Source of the DNA: Candidatus Hydrothermales bacterium
GTDB taxonomy: Bacteria; Hydrothermota; Hydrothermia; Hydrothermales; JAJRUZ01
Direction of reading: 5' to 3'
NCBI GenBank assembly: GCA_039630575.1
Contig: JBCNUW010000002.1
Location: 1 to 64,000, forward strand
DNA: 64,000 nucleotides
Shown here: piece by piece, positions 40,113 through 50,320 of the stretch
How positions within the stretch are numbered: the stretch's first letter is position 1
Layout: every line of letters starts with the position of its first letter
Position numbers and translations under genes: made by a program
Notes under the pieces: generated by a model
The model's database searches: none
Told to the model about the DNA's origin: nothing
The model's input: only the letters and a program-made list of their open reading frames with translations

Positions 40113-41165
40113 ATGAATTTTATAATTTCTTTATTTTTTGTTTCACAAAGTTACAATCAAGAAATTGCCGATATAATCCAGAGAGTATCTTTAGATTCTA
40201 TTTACGATGTTATTTACAAGTTACAAAAATTTTGGACAAGACATTATTTAAGCGACTCAATGTATAAATCCCGTTTATGGATAAAATCTAAATTGGAGAA
40301 TTACGGATATTTTATGAGGGAACATATTTTCTTTTATGGTGGAAGAGAACAGGCGAATATCATAGCCACTAAGTACGGGATTTTAGACACATTAAATCCA
40401 ATAATAATTACTGCTCATTATGATTCAAGGGGTTTAAACTGGTGGCAACCCCCATACGGACCAGCACCAGGTGCTGATGACAACGCTTCAGGTGTGTCTC
40501 TTTTGATTGAAGTTGCAAGAATTATTAAAGATATGAATTTTAACTACACCATTAAATTTGTTGCCTTTGCTGCTGAAGAACCAGGTCTAATAGGTTCCCA
40601 GAAACTTGCTGATTATTACATACAGAACAATAGGAGAATAAAGTATCTTTTTAATGTTGACATGATAGGCGGAGATATAAATTATTTAAATAACAGGGTG
40701 ATAGTAGAATGGGATATGGGGAATCAAGTTGACTCAAATGACAATAAATCTTTTGCTTATGCAGAAACACTTGCAACCATGTATAATCTCTATACAACCC
40801 TTAATACTGTTTATGGAAATATTTTTGCATCAGACTATTTACCTTTCGAAGCTTACGGTTATACAACTCTCGGTCTATTTGAATATTATTTTAATTCAGG
40901 ATATCACAGTGAAGATGATATTGTTGATTCTCTTGATATTAACTACGCAACCACAATAATAAAAGGAGCTCTTGCCTTTATATTACATACAGCAAAATTA
41001 CAACCATCCTATGTAAAAGAAAAAATTACTTCAAAAAATATTACCTTTATTAAAAATAACATTTATGATATATCTGGAAGAAAAGTAAACAAAGATAAAA
41101 TTTTAAAAGGCATCTATATTCTAAAAGATGGCTCAATTACCAAAAAAATTATAAAAATCAAATAA
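40113..41165 (+). CDS. M28 family metallopeptidase with short T9SS-type tail
   Basis: AHYDS, PGADDNASG, AAEEPGLIGS, NVDMIG, SDY, YHS; tail IYDISGRKV...KGIYIL...KKIIKIK. Confidence 0.9.
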   Translation: MNFIISLFFVSQSYNQEIADIIQRVSLDSIYDVIYKLQKFWTRHYLSDSMYKSRLWIKSKLENYGYFMREHIFFYGGREQANIIATKYGILDTLNPIIITAHYDSRGLNWWQPPYGPAPGADDNASGVSLLIEVARIIKDMNFNYTIKFVAFAAEEPGLIGSQKLADYYIQNNRRIKYLFNVDMIGGDINYLNNRVIVEWDMGNQVDSNDNKSFAYAETLATMYNLYTTLNTVYGNIFASDYLPFEAYGYTTLGLFEYYFNSGYHSEDDIVDSLDINYATTIIKGALAFILHTAKLQPSYVKEKITSKNITFIKNNIYDISGRKVNKDKILKGIYILKDGSITKKIIKIK

Positions 41166-41250
41166 ATTCTTTAGGTTTGCAAAAATAAAAATAGAAAGTT
41201 ATATTTTATTATAAAATTTAAAAGATTCTTTTTTTAAAAGGAGGTAAAAT

Positions 41251-43011
41251 TTGAAAGAAGATGTACAGGTACGTATAGCCGGTATTGCCGGTGATGGAAG
41301 TTTTATTACAGGTGAGGTTTTAGCTTCTGCTTTAAAGAAAATAGGTTTCTTCGTAGTTACAATAAGAGATTTTCCGTCGAATATAAGGGGTCTACCCTCA
41401 AACTACACAGTAAGAGGTTCTTCAAAACCTGTATATGGAAGGAAAGATTTTGACGATTTTCAAATAGCCTTTGATCTACAAAGTCTTAAAAACCACCTTT
41501 CAGATCTAAAAGAAGGGTCAGTTGTAATATATGATTCACCTAAATTAGAGGAATTAAAAAGTGAAATCAGAAAGGATGGGATTTATTATGTTTCATTACC
41601 ACTAAGGGAAATTGCAAGAAAGGAAATGGGAGTTGAGCTTATAAAAAATATGGTTGCCTTTGGTGTCCTTGCAGAAATACTCGGAATTAATGACGAAATT
41701 ATTAACCTTGTTGTCTACGAAAACTTTAAAAAGAAAGGCGAAAAGTTCATTGAATTAAACAAAAAAGCTATTTTAAGAGGTAGAGAACTTATAAGAAATA
41801 ATGAAAAAAAATTTCCTGATTTCAAACTAAAAATTTTAAAAGATGAAAACAGAGTACTTGCCATGGGTAACGATCTTGTTTCTATGGGTGCGATAGCGGG
41901 AGGATGCAGATTTCTTGCAGCTTATCCAATAACTCCAGCTTCAGAAGTTCTTGAATTTTTAGCGAGAGAATTAAAAAAATTCGGAGGAGTGACTGTTCAA
42001 GCTGAAGATGAGATAGCTTCAATAAATATGGCGATTGGAGCTTCCATAGCAGGGTTAAGAGCTCTTGTATCCTCCTCTGGACCTGGAATTGCCCTAAAAA
42101 CTGAGGGTCTTTCCTATGCTGGAATGACAGAAACCCCCCTTGTAATTTACTATGCCATGAGAGTTGGACCTTCTACCGGTCTACCTACGAAAACAAGTCA
42201 AGAGGATATGCTTTATATAATCTTTGGAGGGCACGGTGAGTTTCCAAGAGTTGTTTTAATGCCTGGAACACCTGAGGAACTGTTTTATTTAACTGCTGAA
42301 GCCTTTAATCTAGCTGAAGAATTTCAAATTCCAGTAATTATACTTACAGACCAATTCTTAGCTCAGAACAAGTTTACTATAGATAAACATAAGTTAAATC
42401 CACAAAAGGTTGAAATAAGAAGGGGCAAACTTTTATTAGACGGAGACAACATTCCAAAAAAGGATGGATTTTTCTTGAGATACAAAATTGAAGAGGACGG
42501 AATTTCTCCACGAATAATTCCTGGTACAGAAGGAGGAGTTTTCGGAACAACAGGTTATGAACACGATGAAGCAGGCTATGGAACTGAAGATGAAGAAAAT
42601 AGAATAAAGATGGTTAATAAAAGAATGACAAAAATAAAGTCCATATCCAAAAAGGTCCCGCCACCTGCTCTATATGAAAAGAAAGAATCTAAGTATGGAA
42701 TAATATCAGCTGGATCAACTTTCGGACCAGTCTTGGAAACAATCGAAAGATTTGAGGGGGAGGGAATAAATATTTCTTTTTTAAGAATTGTAACACTATG
42801 GCCATTCCCTGAAGAGGAAGTAAGAAAGTTTGTAGAGGATAAAGAAAAAGTTTTTATTGTGGAACAAAACTATAAAGGTCAACTGAGATTTCTTGTTGAA
42901 AATGCCATAATAGATGTGCACAAAAATAAAATAAGGGGTATTACAAAATACTCAGGAAAAGCCTTTAGACCGCTGGAGATAGAAAATAAAATAAGGGAGG
43001 AAATAAAGTGA
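41251..43011 (+). CDS. korA: 2-oxoacid:ferredoxin oxidoreductase alpha subunit (gamma-alpha fusion)
   Basis: GIAGDG, SNIRG, AYPITPAS, QAEDEIA, SSGPG, GPSTGLPT; TTG start with SD AGGAGG. Confidence 0.92.
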   Translation: MKEDVQVRIAGIAGDGSFITGEVLASALKKIGFFVVTIRDFPSNIRGLPSNYTVRGSSKPVYGRKDFDDFQIAFDLQSLKNHLSDLKEGSVVIYDSPKLEELKSEIRKDGIYYVSLPLREIARKEMGVELIKNMVAFGVLAEILGINDEIINLVVYENFKKKGEKFIELNKKAILRGRELIRNNEKKFPDFKLKILKDENRVLAMGNDLVSMGAIAGGCRFLAAYPITPASEVLEFLARELKKFGGVTVQAEDEIASINMAIGASIAGLRALVSSSGPGIALKTEGLSYAGMTETPLVIYYAMRVGPSTGLPTKTSQEDMLYIIFGGHGEFPRVVLMPGTPEELFYLTAEAFNLAEEFQIPVIILTDQFLAQNKFTIDKHKLNPQKVEIRRGKLLLDGDNIPKKDGFFLRYKIEEDGISPRIIPGTEGGVFGTTGYEHDEAGYGTEDEENRIKMVNKRMTKIKSISKKVPPPALYEKKESKYGIISAGSTFGPVLETIERFEGEGINISFLRIVTLWPFPEEEVRKFVEDKEKVFIVEQNYKGQLRFLVENAIIDVHKNKIRGITKYSGKAFRPLEIENKIREEIK

Positions 43012-43892
43012 GTGAAATAGTTGAAAAGGTTAAAATAAAAACTTTTAAAGATTATGAGGGTTATAAAAAACCATTTTGGTGTCCAGGTTGTGGAGATTTT
43101 TCTATTCTCTCTTCACTAAAAAAGGTCTCAGCTGATTTAGGCATAGAACCTTCGAAAACAGTTTTGGTTTCAGGTATTGGCTGTTCAGGTAAAAGCTACT
43201 CCTTTTTTTATGCAAATGGAGTTCACACCCTTCACGGAAGAGTTTTACCAGTTGCAACAGGAATAAAATTAGCTAATCCCGAACTTTTAGTGATAGGACT
43301 TTCAGGAGATGGTGATTCTCTTGCAATAGGTGGAAATCACTTCCTACACACAGCAAGAAGAAATGTAGGTATTAAACTCATAATAATGAATAACCAAATT
43401 TATGGTCTTACAAAAGGTCAATTTTCTCCAACATCCAATCATGGATTTGTAACGGTATCAAGTCCTTATGGTTCTGTGGAATTTCCCATAGATCCTGTTT
43501 TAATTTCCCTTTCAGCCGGTGCAAGTTTTGTAGCAAGAGGTTTCTCAGGAGAACCAAATTCTCTTATGGAAATTTTAAAAGCTGCAATCAATCATAAAGG
43601 TTTTGCAGTTGTTGATGTTCTATCACCATGTGTTACTTATAACAAGATAAATACTTACGAGTGGTATAGAGAGAATATAAAGTTTATACCCGATAATCAT
43701 GATACAAGCGACCTAAAATCTGCAATTTTACTTGCAATTTCAGGTGATGGAAAAATCCCAATTGGAATTTTTTATAGAAAAGAAAGACGTACCTATGAAG
43801 AGTTGATTCTTGATAGTAATAATCCTTGTAAGGTAGATCTATATTGTGGAAGAGATCGTGTAATTGAGCTGATAGAGGAATTATCAAAATAG
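43008..43892 (+). CDS. korB: 2-oxoacid:ferredoxin oxidoreductase beta subunit
   Basis: WCPGCGD, SGIGCS, HGR, GDGD, NNQIYGLTKGQ, SPC. Confidence 0.93.
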   Translation: MSEIVEKVKIKTFKDYEGYKKPFWCPGCGDFSILSSLKKVSADLGIEPSKTVLVSGIGCSGKSYSFFYANGVHTLHGRVLPVATGIKLANPELLVIGLSGDGDSLAIGGNHFLHTARRNVGIKLIIMNNQIYGLTKGQFSPTSNHGFVTVSSPYGSVEFPIDPVLISLSAGASFVARGFSGEPNSLMEILKAAINHKGFAVVDVLSPCVTYNKINTYEWYRENIKFIPDNHDTSDLKSAILLAISGDGKIPIGIFYRKERRTYEELILDSNNPCKVDLYCGRDRVIELIEELSK

Positions 43893-44530
43893 AGATTAAA
43901 ATAAATTTAAGAGATTACGAAAAAATAAAAGATGAAATTGAGAAAAAAGTAAATGAATTTAAAAGCATATGGTTAAACCAAGATAAGTTAGCTATATACA
44001 AAGAATTTATTTTCTGTCTTCTAACACCTCAATCAAGGGCAAAACTATGTTGGGAAGCAGTTTTGAATCTTGAAAGAAAAAAAATTATTTTTGAAGGAAG
44101 TTTTGAGGATATTTTAGAGGGAATTTCAAAAATAAGATTTAAAAAACAAAAGGCAAAATACATTTTAACAAACAGAGAAAAATTTCTAAAGAATGGAGAA
44201 TTCATCTTGATTGATATTTTAAAAAGTATAAATGATCCTTACAAAGCAAGAGATTATCTCATCAAAAATGTGATAGGTTATGGATTAAAAGAGGCAAGTC
44301 ATTTTTTACGAAACATAGGTTTTAATTTTGATCTTTCAATCCTTGATAGGCATATTTTAAAAAATTTAAAAAATGAAAAGGTAATAGAGGAAATTCCCAA
44401 AATTCTAACTAAAAGAAAATACTTAGAGATAGAAAATAAGTTTATTGAATTTTCAAAAAAACTTTCTATTCCACTTGTTAACCTTGATCTTTATTTTTGG
44501 TGGAGGGAAACAGGTGAAGTTTTTAAATGA
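43889..44530 (+). CDS. ogg: 8-oxoguanine DNA glycosylase/AP lyase (Ogg2 family); start probably non-canonical
   Basis: EFIFCLLTPQS upstream of the track's TTG, GYGLKEASHFLRN, ILDRHIL, LDLYFW, ends GEVFK. Frame open from 43868 with no ATG/GTG/TTG until 44063. Confidence 0.85.
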   Translation: MEIKINLRDYEKIKDEIEKKVNEFKSIWLNQDKLAIYKEFIFCLLTPQSRAKLCWEAVLNLERKKIIFEGSFEDILEGISKIRFKKQKAKYILTNREKFLKNGEFILIDILKSINDPYKARDYLIKNVIGYGLKEASHFLRNIGFNFDLSILDRHILKNLKNEKVIEEIPKILTKRKYLEIENKFIEFSKKLSIPLVNLDLYFWWRETGEVFK

Positions 44531-45129
44531 GTCTTAAAGAAAAATTAACTGAAGGATTTAATTTTAAAGAATATCTGATTAAGGCTGAAAAGATAAATAA
44601 AGGTAGATTTAAGGAGGAAATTAATTTTGAAATTTATTTAATTAAAGGTATTAAAAAATCTTTTCTTTTAAATATAAAATACTTTGAAGGAAGAAAACCC
44701 TATTACAGGAAATGGATTGAAATCTTCAACATAAGAAAAGAATTCTTTAATTCTGAATACGAGGAATTCTTTCTTAGCTCCGTTTCAGATGAAATAAAAG
44801 AAGGTGAAAAAATTTTAATAGAATATGTTAACGATGAAGAAACTTACCAATTTTTATTTAAAGGATACCCTGTTTCAATTTCAAGGTTAGGTTTTAAACT
44901 TTTAAAACTTTCCTTTACATTTTTGAAAAATTTCTATGTTCCTGAAGGTTATTGGGAAGGAAGCCAAAAAATAATTGCAGAAAAGGCAATCAATGAAACA
45001 CAGAAAGAAGTAAGGTTAAATGAAATCAAAAAAGAAATAGAGGATTTTTATCTTAAGTATAAGAACTCAGAAGAAAAACTAATCAAAAATGCTATTTTAA
45101 GAATTAAACAATTAAAAGATTATTTATAA
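44527..45129 (+). CDS. DUF1122 family protein
   Basis: FEGRKPYYRKWIE, IEYVNDEET, SRLGFKL, FTFLKNFYVPEGYWEGSQKIIAEK. Confidence 0.75.
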   Translation: MSLKEKLTEGFNFKEYLIKAEKINKGRFKEEINFEIYLIKGIKKSFLLNIKYFEGRKPYYRKWIEIFNIRKEFFNSEYEEFFLSSVSDEIKEGEKILIEYVNDEETYQFLFKGYPVSISRLGFKLLKLSFTFLKNFYVPEGYWEGSQKIIAEKAINETQKEVRLNEIKKEIEDFYLKYKNSEEKLIKNAILRIKQLKDYL

Positions 45130-45189
45130 AACTTAATTGATTTTTAATTTTATATTTATTTAAAATTTAATAAATTACAGGAGGATAAA

Positions 45190-46290
45190 ATGGAAATAAA
45201 ACCCTTTGGATCTGAACCCTTTAGGGTTATTGATGAGGAGGGTAAGCCTCTTTTTGACTTAAATTTAAAAGAATATGGAATTAATACCGAAATACTCTTG
45301 AAAATGTACAAAGATATAGTTTTAACAAGAGAAATTGATAAACTGGGATGGATTCTTGTTAGGCAAGGAAAAGCTTACTTTTATATTTCAATAGGAGGCC
45401 ATGAAACTGCCCATGTAGCTTCACTTTATGCTCTTGAAAAAGAAGACTATGTAATGCCCTATTATAGAACAGTTCCATCACTTCACGTAAGGGGGGTTAA
45501 AGTTGAAGAAATCTTTTCTCAAATACTAGGAAAATACACCGACCCACTTAAAGGAAGACAGATGCCTGGACATTTTGGAAAAAAGGAACTGAATATTTTT
45601 GTTCCTGGGTCACCTGTTGGTCTTGGACATAATGTAGCAATGGGTGTTGCAATGGGTATAAAGTATAAAAATCATAAAAGAGTAATAATATCCTATGGTG
45701 GTGAAGGATCAACCTCTCAACCACACTTCCATTCAGCAATGAATTTTGCTTCTGTATTCAAATTGCCCTTGATAATTTTTATAATAGATAATCATTATGC
45801 AATCTCAGTTCCTAGGACAAAACAAACTGCTTCAGAAACAATAGCAATTAAAGCTAAAGCCTATTGTATGGAGGGTTACCTTGTTGATGGAAATGACGCT
45901 ATAGCTACATACATAGTAACAAAAAAATGTGTAAATGAGGTAAGAGAAAACTCAAAACCTATACTAATAGAGGCCTATACATATAGATATGATCCCCACT
46001 CATCTGCAGATGATGATAGAAAATATAGAAAAAAAGAAGAAATTCAAGAATGGAAAAAGAAAGACGGGCTTTTGAGACTAAAAAAATATCTGGAATACCT
46101 TTCTTTATGGGATGAAGAAAAAGATTTAATGTTAAAAAAAGAAATTGAAGAAAAACTTAATAACATACTGGAGGAAGTTGAAAAAAAACATCTTCCAATT
46201 TATAAGGATATGTTTTATGAAGTTTATGTGAATACTCCTTGGTATCTTGAAGAGGAATACATGGAACTCAAAAGGGAAATGGAGGGTTAA
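45190..46290 (+). CDS. 2-oxoacid (branched-chain/pyruvate) dehydrogenase E1 alpha
   Basis: PYYR, KGRQMPGH, GEGSTS...NHYAIS TPP motif, HSSADD. Confidence 0.92.
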   Translation: MEIKPFGSEPFRVIDEEGKPLFDLNLKEYGINTEILLKMYKDIVLTREIDKLGWILVRQGKAYFYISIGGHETAHVASLYALEKEDYVMPYYRTVPSLHVRGVKVEEIFSQILGKYTDPLKGRQMPGHFGKKELNIFVPGSPVGLGHNVAMGVAMGIKYKNHKRVIISYGGEGSTSQPHFHSAMNFASVFKLPLIIFIIDNHYAISVPRTKQTASETIAIKAKAYCMEGYLVDGNDAIATYIVTKKCVNEVRENSKPILIEAYTYRYDPHSSADDDRKYRKKEEIQEWKKKDGLLRLKKYLEYLSLWDEEKDLMLKKEIEEKLNNILEEVEKKHLPIYKDMFYEVYVNTPWYLEEEYMELKREMEG

Positions 46291-46291
46291 A

Positions 46292-47266
46292 ATGGTAAAA
46301 AAGAATATTGCTGAAGCTATAAGAAATGCTCTTGATATAATGCTTTCGGAAGATGAGAGAGTTTTAGTGTTTGGTGAAGATGTTGGGAAAAAAGGCGGAG
46401 TTTTTACTGTTACAGAAGGACTACAAGAAAAATATGGTGAACAAAGGGTTTTTGATACCCCTCTTGACGAAAATGGTATTTTAGGAATGGCAAAAGGGCT
46501 TGCATTGTATGGTTTAAGACCAGTAGCTGAAATTCAATTTGTAGATTTTATTTGGCCAGGCTTTGATGTTATTATGTCAGATATTTCAAAAGAAAGATTT
46601 AGATCCGGTGGACAGTTTTCCTGTCCACTTGTCATAAGAGCTCCCTACGGAGGTGGTGTCAGAGGTGGCCTATATCACTCCCAAAGTCCAGAGGCAATCT
46701 TTGCACATATACCAGGTTTAAAAATTGTTATTCCCTCTAATCCTTATGATGCAAAGGGACTCCTTATATCAGCAATTGAAGATGAGGATCCAATTATTTT
46801 TCTTGAACCCAAAAAAATATACTTTGCCTTTAGAGAAGAGATACCTGAAGAAAAATATTTTGTTCCAATAGGAAAAGCAAAAATATTAAAGGAAGGAAAG
46901 GACATTACGCTTATAAGCTATGGATACATGATTCATGAATGTAAAAAAGCAATTGAAGAACTTGAGAAAGAGGGAATATCTTGTGAACTCGTTGATTTAA
47001 GAACAATCACTCCTTTTGATGGAGAAACAATACTAAATTCTGTTGCAAAAACTGGAAAGGTAATTATTGTAGTTGAGGCACCAAAAATAAATTCATTTGC
47101 CTCAGAGCTCTCAGCCTTTATTTCAGAGAGAGCAATATATTATATTGATGCACCAATTTTAAGAGTAACAGGATGGGATACCCCCTTCCCATACATACTA
47201 GAACACTTATATTTACCTTCATATAAAAGGATAATCTTAAAAGCAAAAAAAATTTTGGAGGTCTAA
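46292..47266 (+). CDS. 2-oxoacid dehydrogenase E1 beta
   Basis: FGEDVG..GGVF, DTPLDE, AEIQFVDF, HSQSPE, DLRTI; ATG 46292 with SD GGAGG. Confidence 0.93.
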   Translation: MVKKNIAEAIRNALDIMLSEDERVLVFGEDVGKKGGVFTVTEGLQEKYGEQRVFDTPLDENGILGMAKGLALYGLRPVAEIQFVDFIWPGFDVIMSDISKERFRSGGQFSCPLVIRAPYGGGVRGGLYHSQSPEAIFAHIPGLKIVIPSNPYDAKGLLISAIEDEDPIIFLEPKKIYFAFREEIPEEKYFVPIGKAKILKEGKDITLISYGYMIHECKKAIEELEKEGISCELVDLRTITPFDGETILNSVAKTGKVIIVVEAPKINSFASELSAFISERAIYYIDAPILRVTGWDTPFPYILEHLYLPSYKRIILKAKKILEV

Positions 47267-47268
47267 AA

Positions 47269-48477
47269 ATGCCATTTATACTGAAATTACCTGAAATAGC
47301 CGAAAGTGTCGTTGAAGGAGAAATCTTAAAATGGCTAAAAAAAGAAGGTGAATATGTGAAAAAGAATGAGCCAATAGTAGAAATTGAAACTCAAAAAGTA
47401 ACAGTAGAAATACCATCACCTTATGAGGGTATTCTATATAAAATACTTGAAAAAGAAGGAAATATTGTAGAGGTTGGAAAACCCATTGCAATCTTAACAG
47501 AAGAAGGAGAAAAAGTTGAAGAAAAAATTGAATTAACATCACCCCCAAAATTGGTTGAAATTAAAGAAAAAGAAGAGAAAATTGAAGCTCAAGAAATTGA
47601 GATAAAGGTAAAGGATAAAGTCCTAGCATCACCATCAGCAAGAAAACTTGCAAGAGACTATGGGATTGATCTATCTAAATTTTCTTTTGAGAAAAAGGTA
47701 ATAAGAAAAAAAGATGTCCTAACAATTATTGAAAAAATAGAGAAGGAAAAAAGAACTAAAGAGGAAAAAAAAGAAGTAGAAGTGATTCCTCTAAAAGGTA
47801 TAAGAAGAGAAATTGCTTTTAGATTAAGAGAGTCCAAGGCAAAAGCAGTGCATACACTTCATGTTGACGAAGCTGATTTAACAGAACTTGTAAAACTTAG
47901 AGAAAAGATGAAAAGTCTAGCTCAGGATCAGGGAGTTAAACTTACTTTTTTACCTTTTGTAATCAAAGCTTCAGTTTATACTCTTAAAAGATATCCATAT
48001 GTTAATGCTACTTTTGACGATGAAAAAAACGAAATAATTTTACATAGAAGTTATAATATAGGAATAGCTGTAGCAACTGATGAGGGTCTTGTAGTTCCTG
48101 TCATCAAAAAAGCAGATCAAAAAAGTCTCATAGAAATTGCAAAAGAAATCTCTATGTTATCAGATAAAGCAAAAAAAAGAGAATTAACTTTAGAGAATGT
48201 TCAAGGAGGAACTTTCTCAATCACAAATATTGGCTCTATTGGTGGTCTTTTTTCTTTTCCTGTAATAAATTATCCACAAGTTGCTATTCTTGGATTTCAC
48301 TCAATTAAAAAAAGACCCGTCATTAATGAAAGAGGTGAGATTGCTGTAAGAGATATGGTTTATCTATCTCTTTCTTTTGATCATAGAGTTTTAGATGGAG
48401 CAATTGCAGCACTTTTTATGAAAGACTTAATAAATTACTTAGAAAAACCTGAACTTTTATTTCTTGAAAGTATATAA
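47269..48477 (+). CDS. 2-oxoacid dehydrogenase E2 (dihydrolipoamide acyltransferase)
   Basis: Single lipoyl domain (ETQKVTVEIPSP), ASPSARKLA, DHRVLDG. Confidence 0.93.
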   Translation: MPFILKLPEIAESVVEGEILKWLKKEGEYVKKNEPIVEIETQKVTVEIPSPYEGILYKILEKEGNIVEVGKPIAILTEEGEKVEEKIELTSPPKLVEIKEKEEKIEAQEIEIKVKDKVLASPSARKLARDYGIDLSKFSFEKKVIRKKDVLTIIEKIEKEKRTKEEKKEVEVIPLKGIRREIAFRLRESKAKAVHTLHVDEADLTELVKLREKMKSLAQDQGVKLTFLPFVIKASVYTLKRYPYVNATFDDEKNEIILHRSYNIGIAVATDEGLVVPVIKKADQKSLIEIAKEISMLSDKAKKRELTLENVQGGTFSITNIGSIGGLFSFPVINYPQVAILGFHSIKKRPVINERGEIAVRDMVYLSLSFDHRVLDGAIAALFMKDLINYLEKPELLFLESI

Positions 48478-48511
48478 GAGGTTATTTTAAAATAAAAAGC
48501 TACTTTTTAAA

Positions 48512-49912
48512 ATGAGGTACAAAGCTATTGTGATCGGTGCAGGACCAGGAGGTTATGTTTGTGCAATAAGACTCGGGCAACTTGGAATAAAAAGCCTTGT
48601 TATTGATAAAAAGTATGTAGGAGGTGTATGTCTCAATGTGGGGTGTATACCCACTAAGGCGCTTATATTTGCTTCTCATATTGTTGAGGCAAATGAAAAG
48701 GCTAAAAAAGAGATGGGTTTAATTACAACTGAATTAAAGTATGATTTAGAGAGATTAAGAGAGTGGAAAGAGAAGATTGTAAACAGATTAACAAATGGGA
48801 TTTTAAGCCTATGGAAACATAATAATGTAGATTTTATTAAGGGAGAAGCAATTTTTGAGAGTGAAAAGAGAGTAAAAGTTAAGACTGAAAGTGGAGAAAT
48901 AAGGGAATTTGAAGGAGATAGCATAGTAATAGCAAGCGGCTCTGATCCGACTATTCTAAAAGGTTTTGAGCCTGACGGAAAATATATTTGGACAAGCGAT
49001 GATGCCGTATCCCTAAAGGAAATTCCCCAAAAAATTCTTATTCTGGGTGGAGGAGCAATTGGACTTGAATTTGCCTATGTGTATAAAAATTTCGGTAGCG
49101 ATGTTGAGGTCATAGAACTGATGGATCAGATTCTACCCGGAATGGACAAAGAGATGGCACAAGAACTCACTAAAATACTAAAAAGAAAAGGAATTAAAAT
49201 TTATACTGAAAGAAGAGCTAAAGAAGTCTCAATAAAAAATGGAAAAATTAGTTTATTAGTAGAATTTAAAGATAAAGAGGAAATTTACGAGGGGAACGTT
49301 TTACTTATATCTGTTGGAAGAAAACCCAATTCTAAAATTGAGGGTATAAATAAATTAGATTTAAAGATTGATCAAAAGGGATTTATTAAAGTTGATAAGA
49401 AGAGAAGAGCAAACGATAGAGGAATATTTGCTATAGGTGATGTTGCTGAACCACCTCTTCTTGCTCACAAAGCTTCGAAGGAGGGAATAGTAGCTGCCGA
49501 AGTAATAGCAGGGCTTAATTCAGAATTTGACCCAAAAGCAATTCCTTTGGTGGTTTACACAATTCCTGAATTTGCCTCTGTTGGTATGACTGAGGAAGAT
49601 GCAAAAGCTAAAGGAATTGACATATCAGTTGGTAGGTTCCCCTTAGTAGCAAATGGGAGAGCTTTAACTCAAAATGAAAATATGGGGCTTGCTAAGATTA
49701 TAGTTAATAAAGAAAATGATGAAGTTTTAGGAGTACATATTATCTCTCCTGAGGCATCGTCAATGATTTGTGAGGCAGCACTGGCAATTGAAATGGGAGC
49801 AACCTCAGAAGATATAGCTCTTACAGTTCATCCTCACCCTACTTTCGGTGAAATTTTAATGGAAGCAGCTGAAAATGTCTATAAAAAAGCTATTCACATT
49901 ATAAATAAGTAG
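48512..49912 (+). CDS. lpdA: Dihydrolipoyl dehydrogenase (E3)
   Basis: GAGPGGY, GGVCLNVGCIPTK, GGGAIGLE, LAHKA, HPHPT.GE. Confidence 0.95.
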   Translation: MRYKAIVIGAGPGGYVCAIRLGQLGIKSLVIDKKYVGGVCLNVGCIPTKALIFASHIVEANEKAKKEMGLITTELKYDLERLREWKEKIVNRLTNGILSLWKHNNVDFIKGEAIFESEKRVKVKTESGEIREFEGDSIVIASGSDPTILKGFEPDGKYIWTSDDAVSLKEIPQKILILGGGAIGLEFAYVYKNFGSDVEVIELMDQILPGMDKEMAQELTKILKRKGIKIYTERRAKEVSIKNGKISLLVEFKDKEEIYEGNVLLISVGRKPNSKIEGINKLDLKIDQKGFIKVDKKRRANDRGIFAIGDVAEPPLLAHKASKEGIVAAEVIAGLNSEFDPKAIPLVVYTIPEFASVGMTEEDAKAKGIDISVGRFPLVANGRALTQNENMGLAKIIVNKENDEVLGVHIISPEASSMICEAALAIEMGATSEDIALTVHPHPTFGEILMEAAENVYKKAIHIINK

Positions 49913-49921
49913 AATTTTCCT

Positions 49922-50320
49922 ATGGAGGTCATAACGATACAAACAAGAGAAAGAGAACAGTATATAGAAATAACAGATGAAATAAGAAAAATTATTAAGA
50001 ATAAAAAGTTGGATAAAGGTATAGTATTTCTTTATGTCCCCCATACAACATGTGGAATAACTGTTAACGAAAGTTATGATCCTTCTGTTGCTCAGGATAT
50101 ATTACACATGCTTCATTTAGTAGCACCTCCTAAAGGTCCCTATAGACATACAGAGGGAAATGCCGATGCCCATATAAAAACTACAATAACTGGAAGTAGT
50201 TTGTTTTTATTTGTTGATGATGGTGACCTTGTACTCGGTAAATGGCAAGGTGTGTTCCTTGCTGAATATGATGGTCCAAGAACAAGAAAAATATATTTAA
50301 AGTTTTTTAGTGAAGTTTGA
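49922..50320 (+). CDS. yjbQ: YjbQ/UPF0047 family protein
   Basis: PHTTCGITVNE, HTEGNADAHIK, LGKWQG, EYDGPR. Confidence 0.92.
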   Translation: MEVITIQTREREQYIEITDEIRKIIKNKKLDKGIVFLYVPHTTCGITVNESYDPSVAQDILHMLHLVAPPKGPYRHTEGNADAHIKTTITGSSLFLFVDDGDLVLGKWQGVFLAEYDGPRTRKIYLKFFSEV

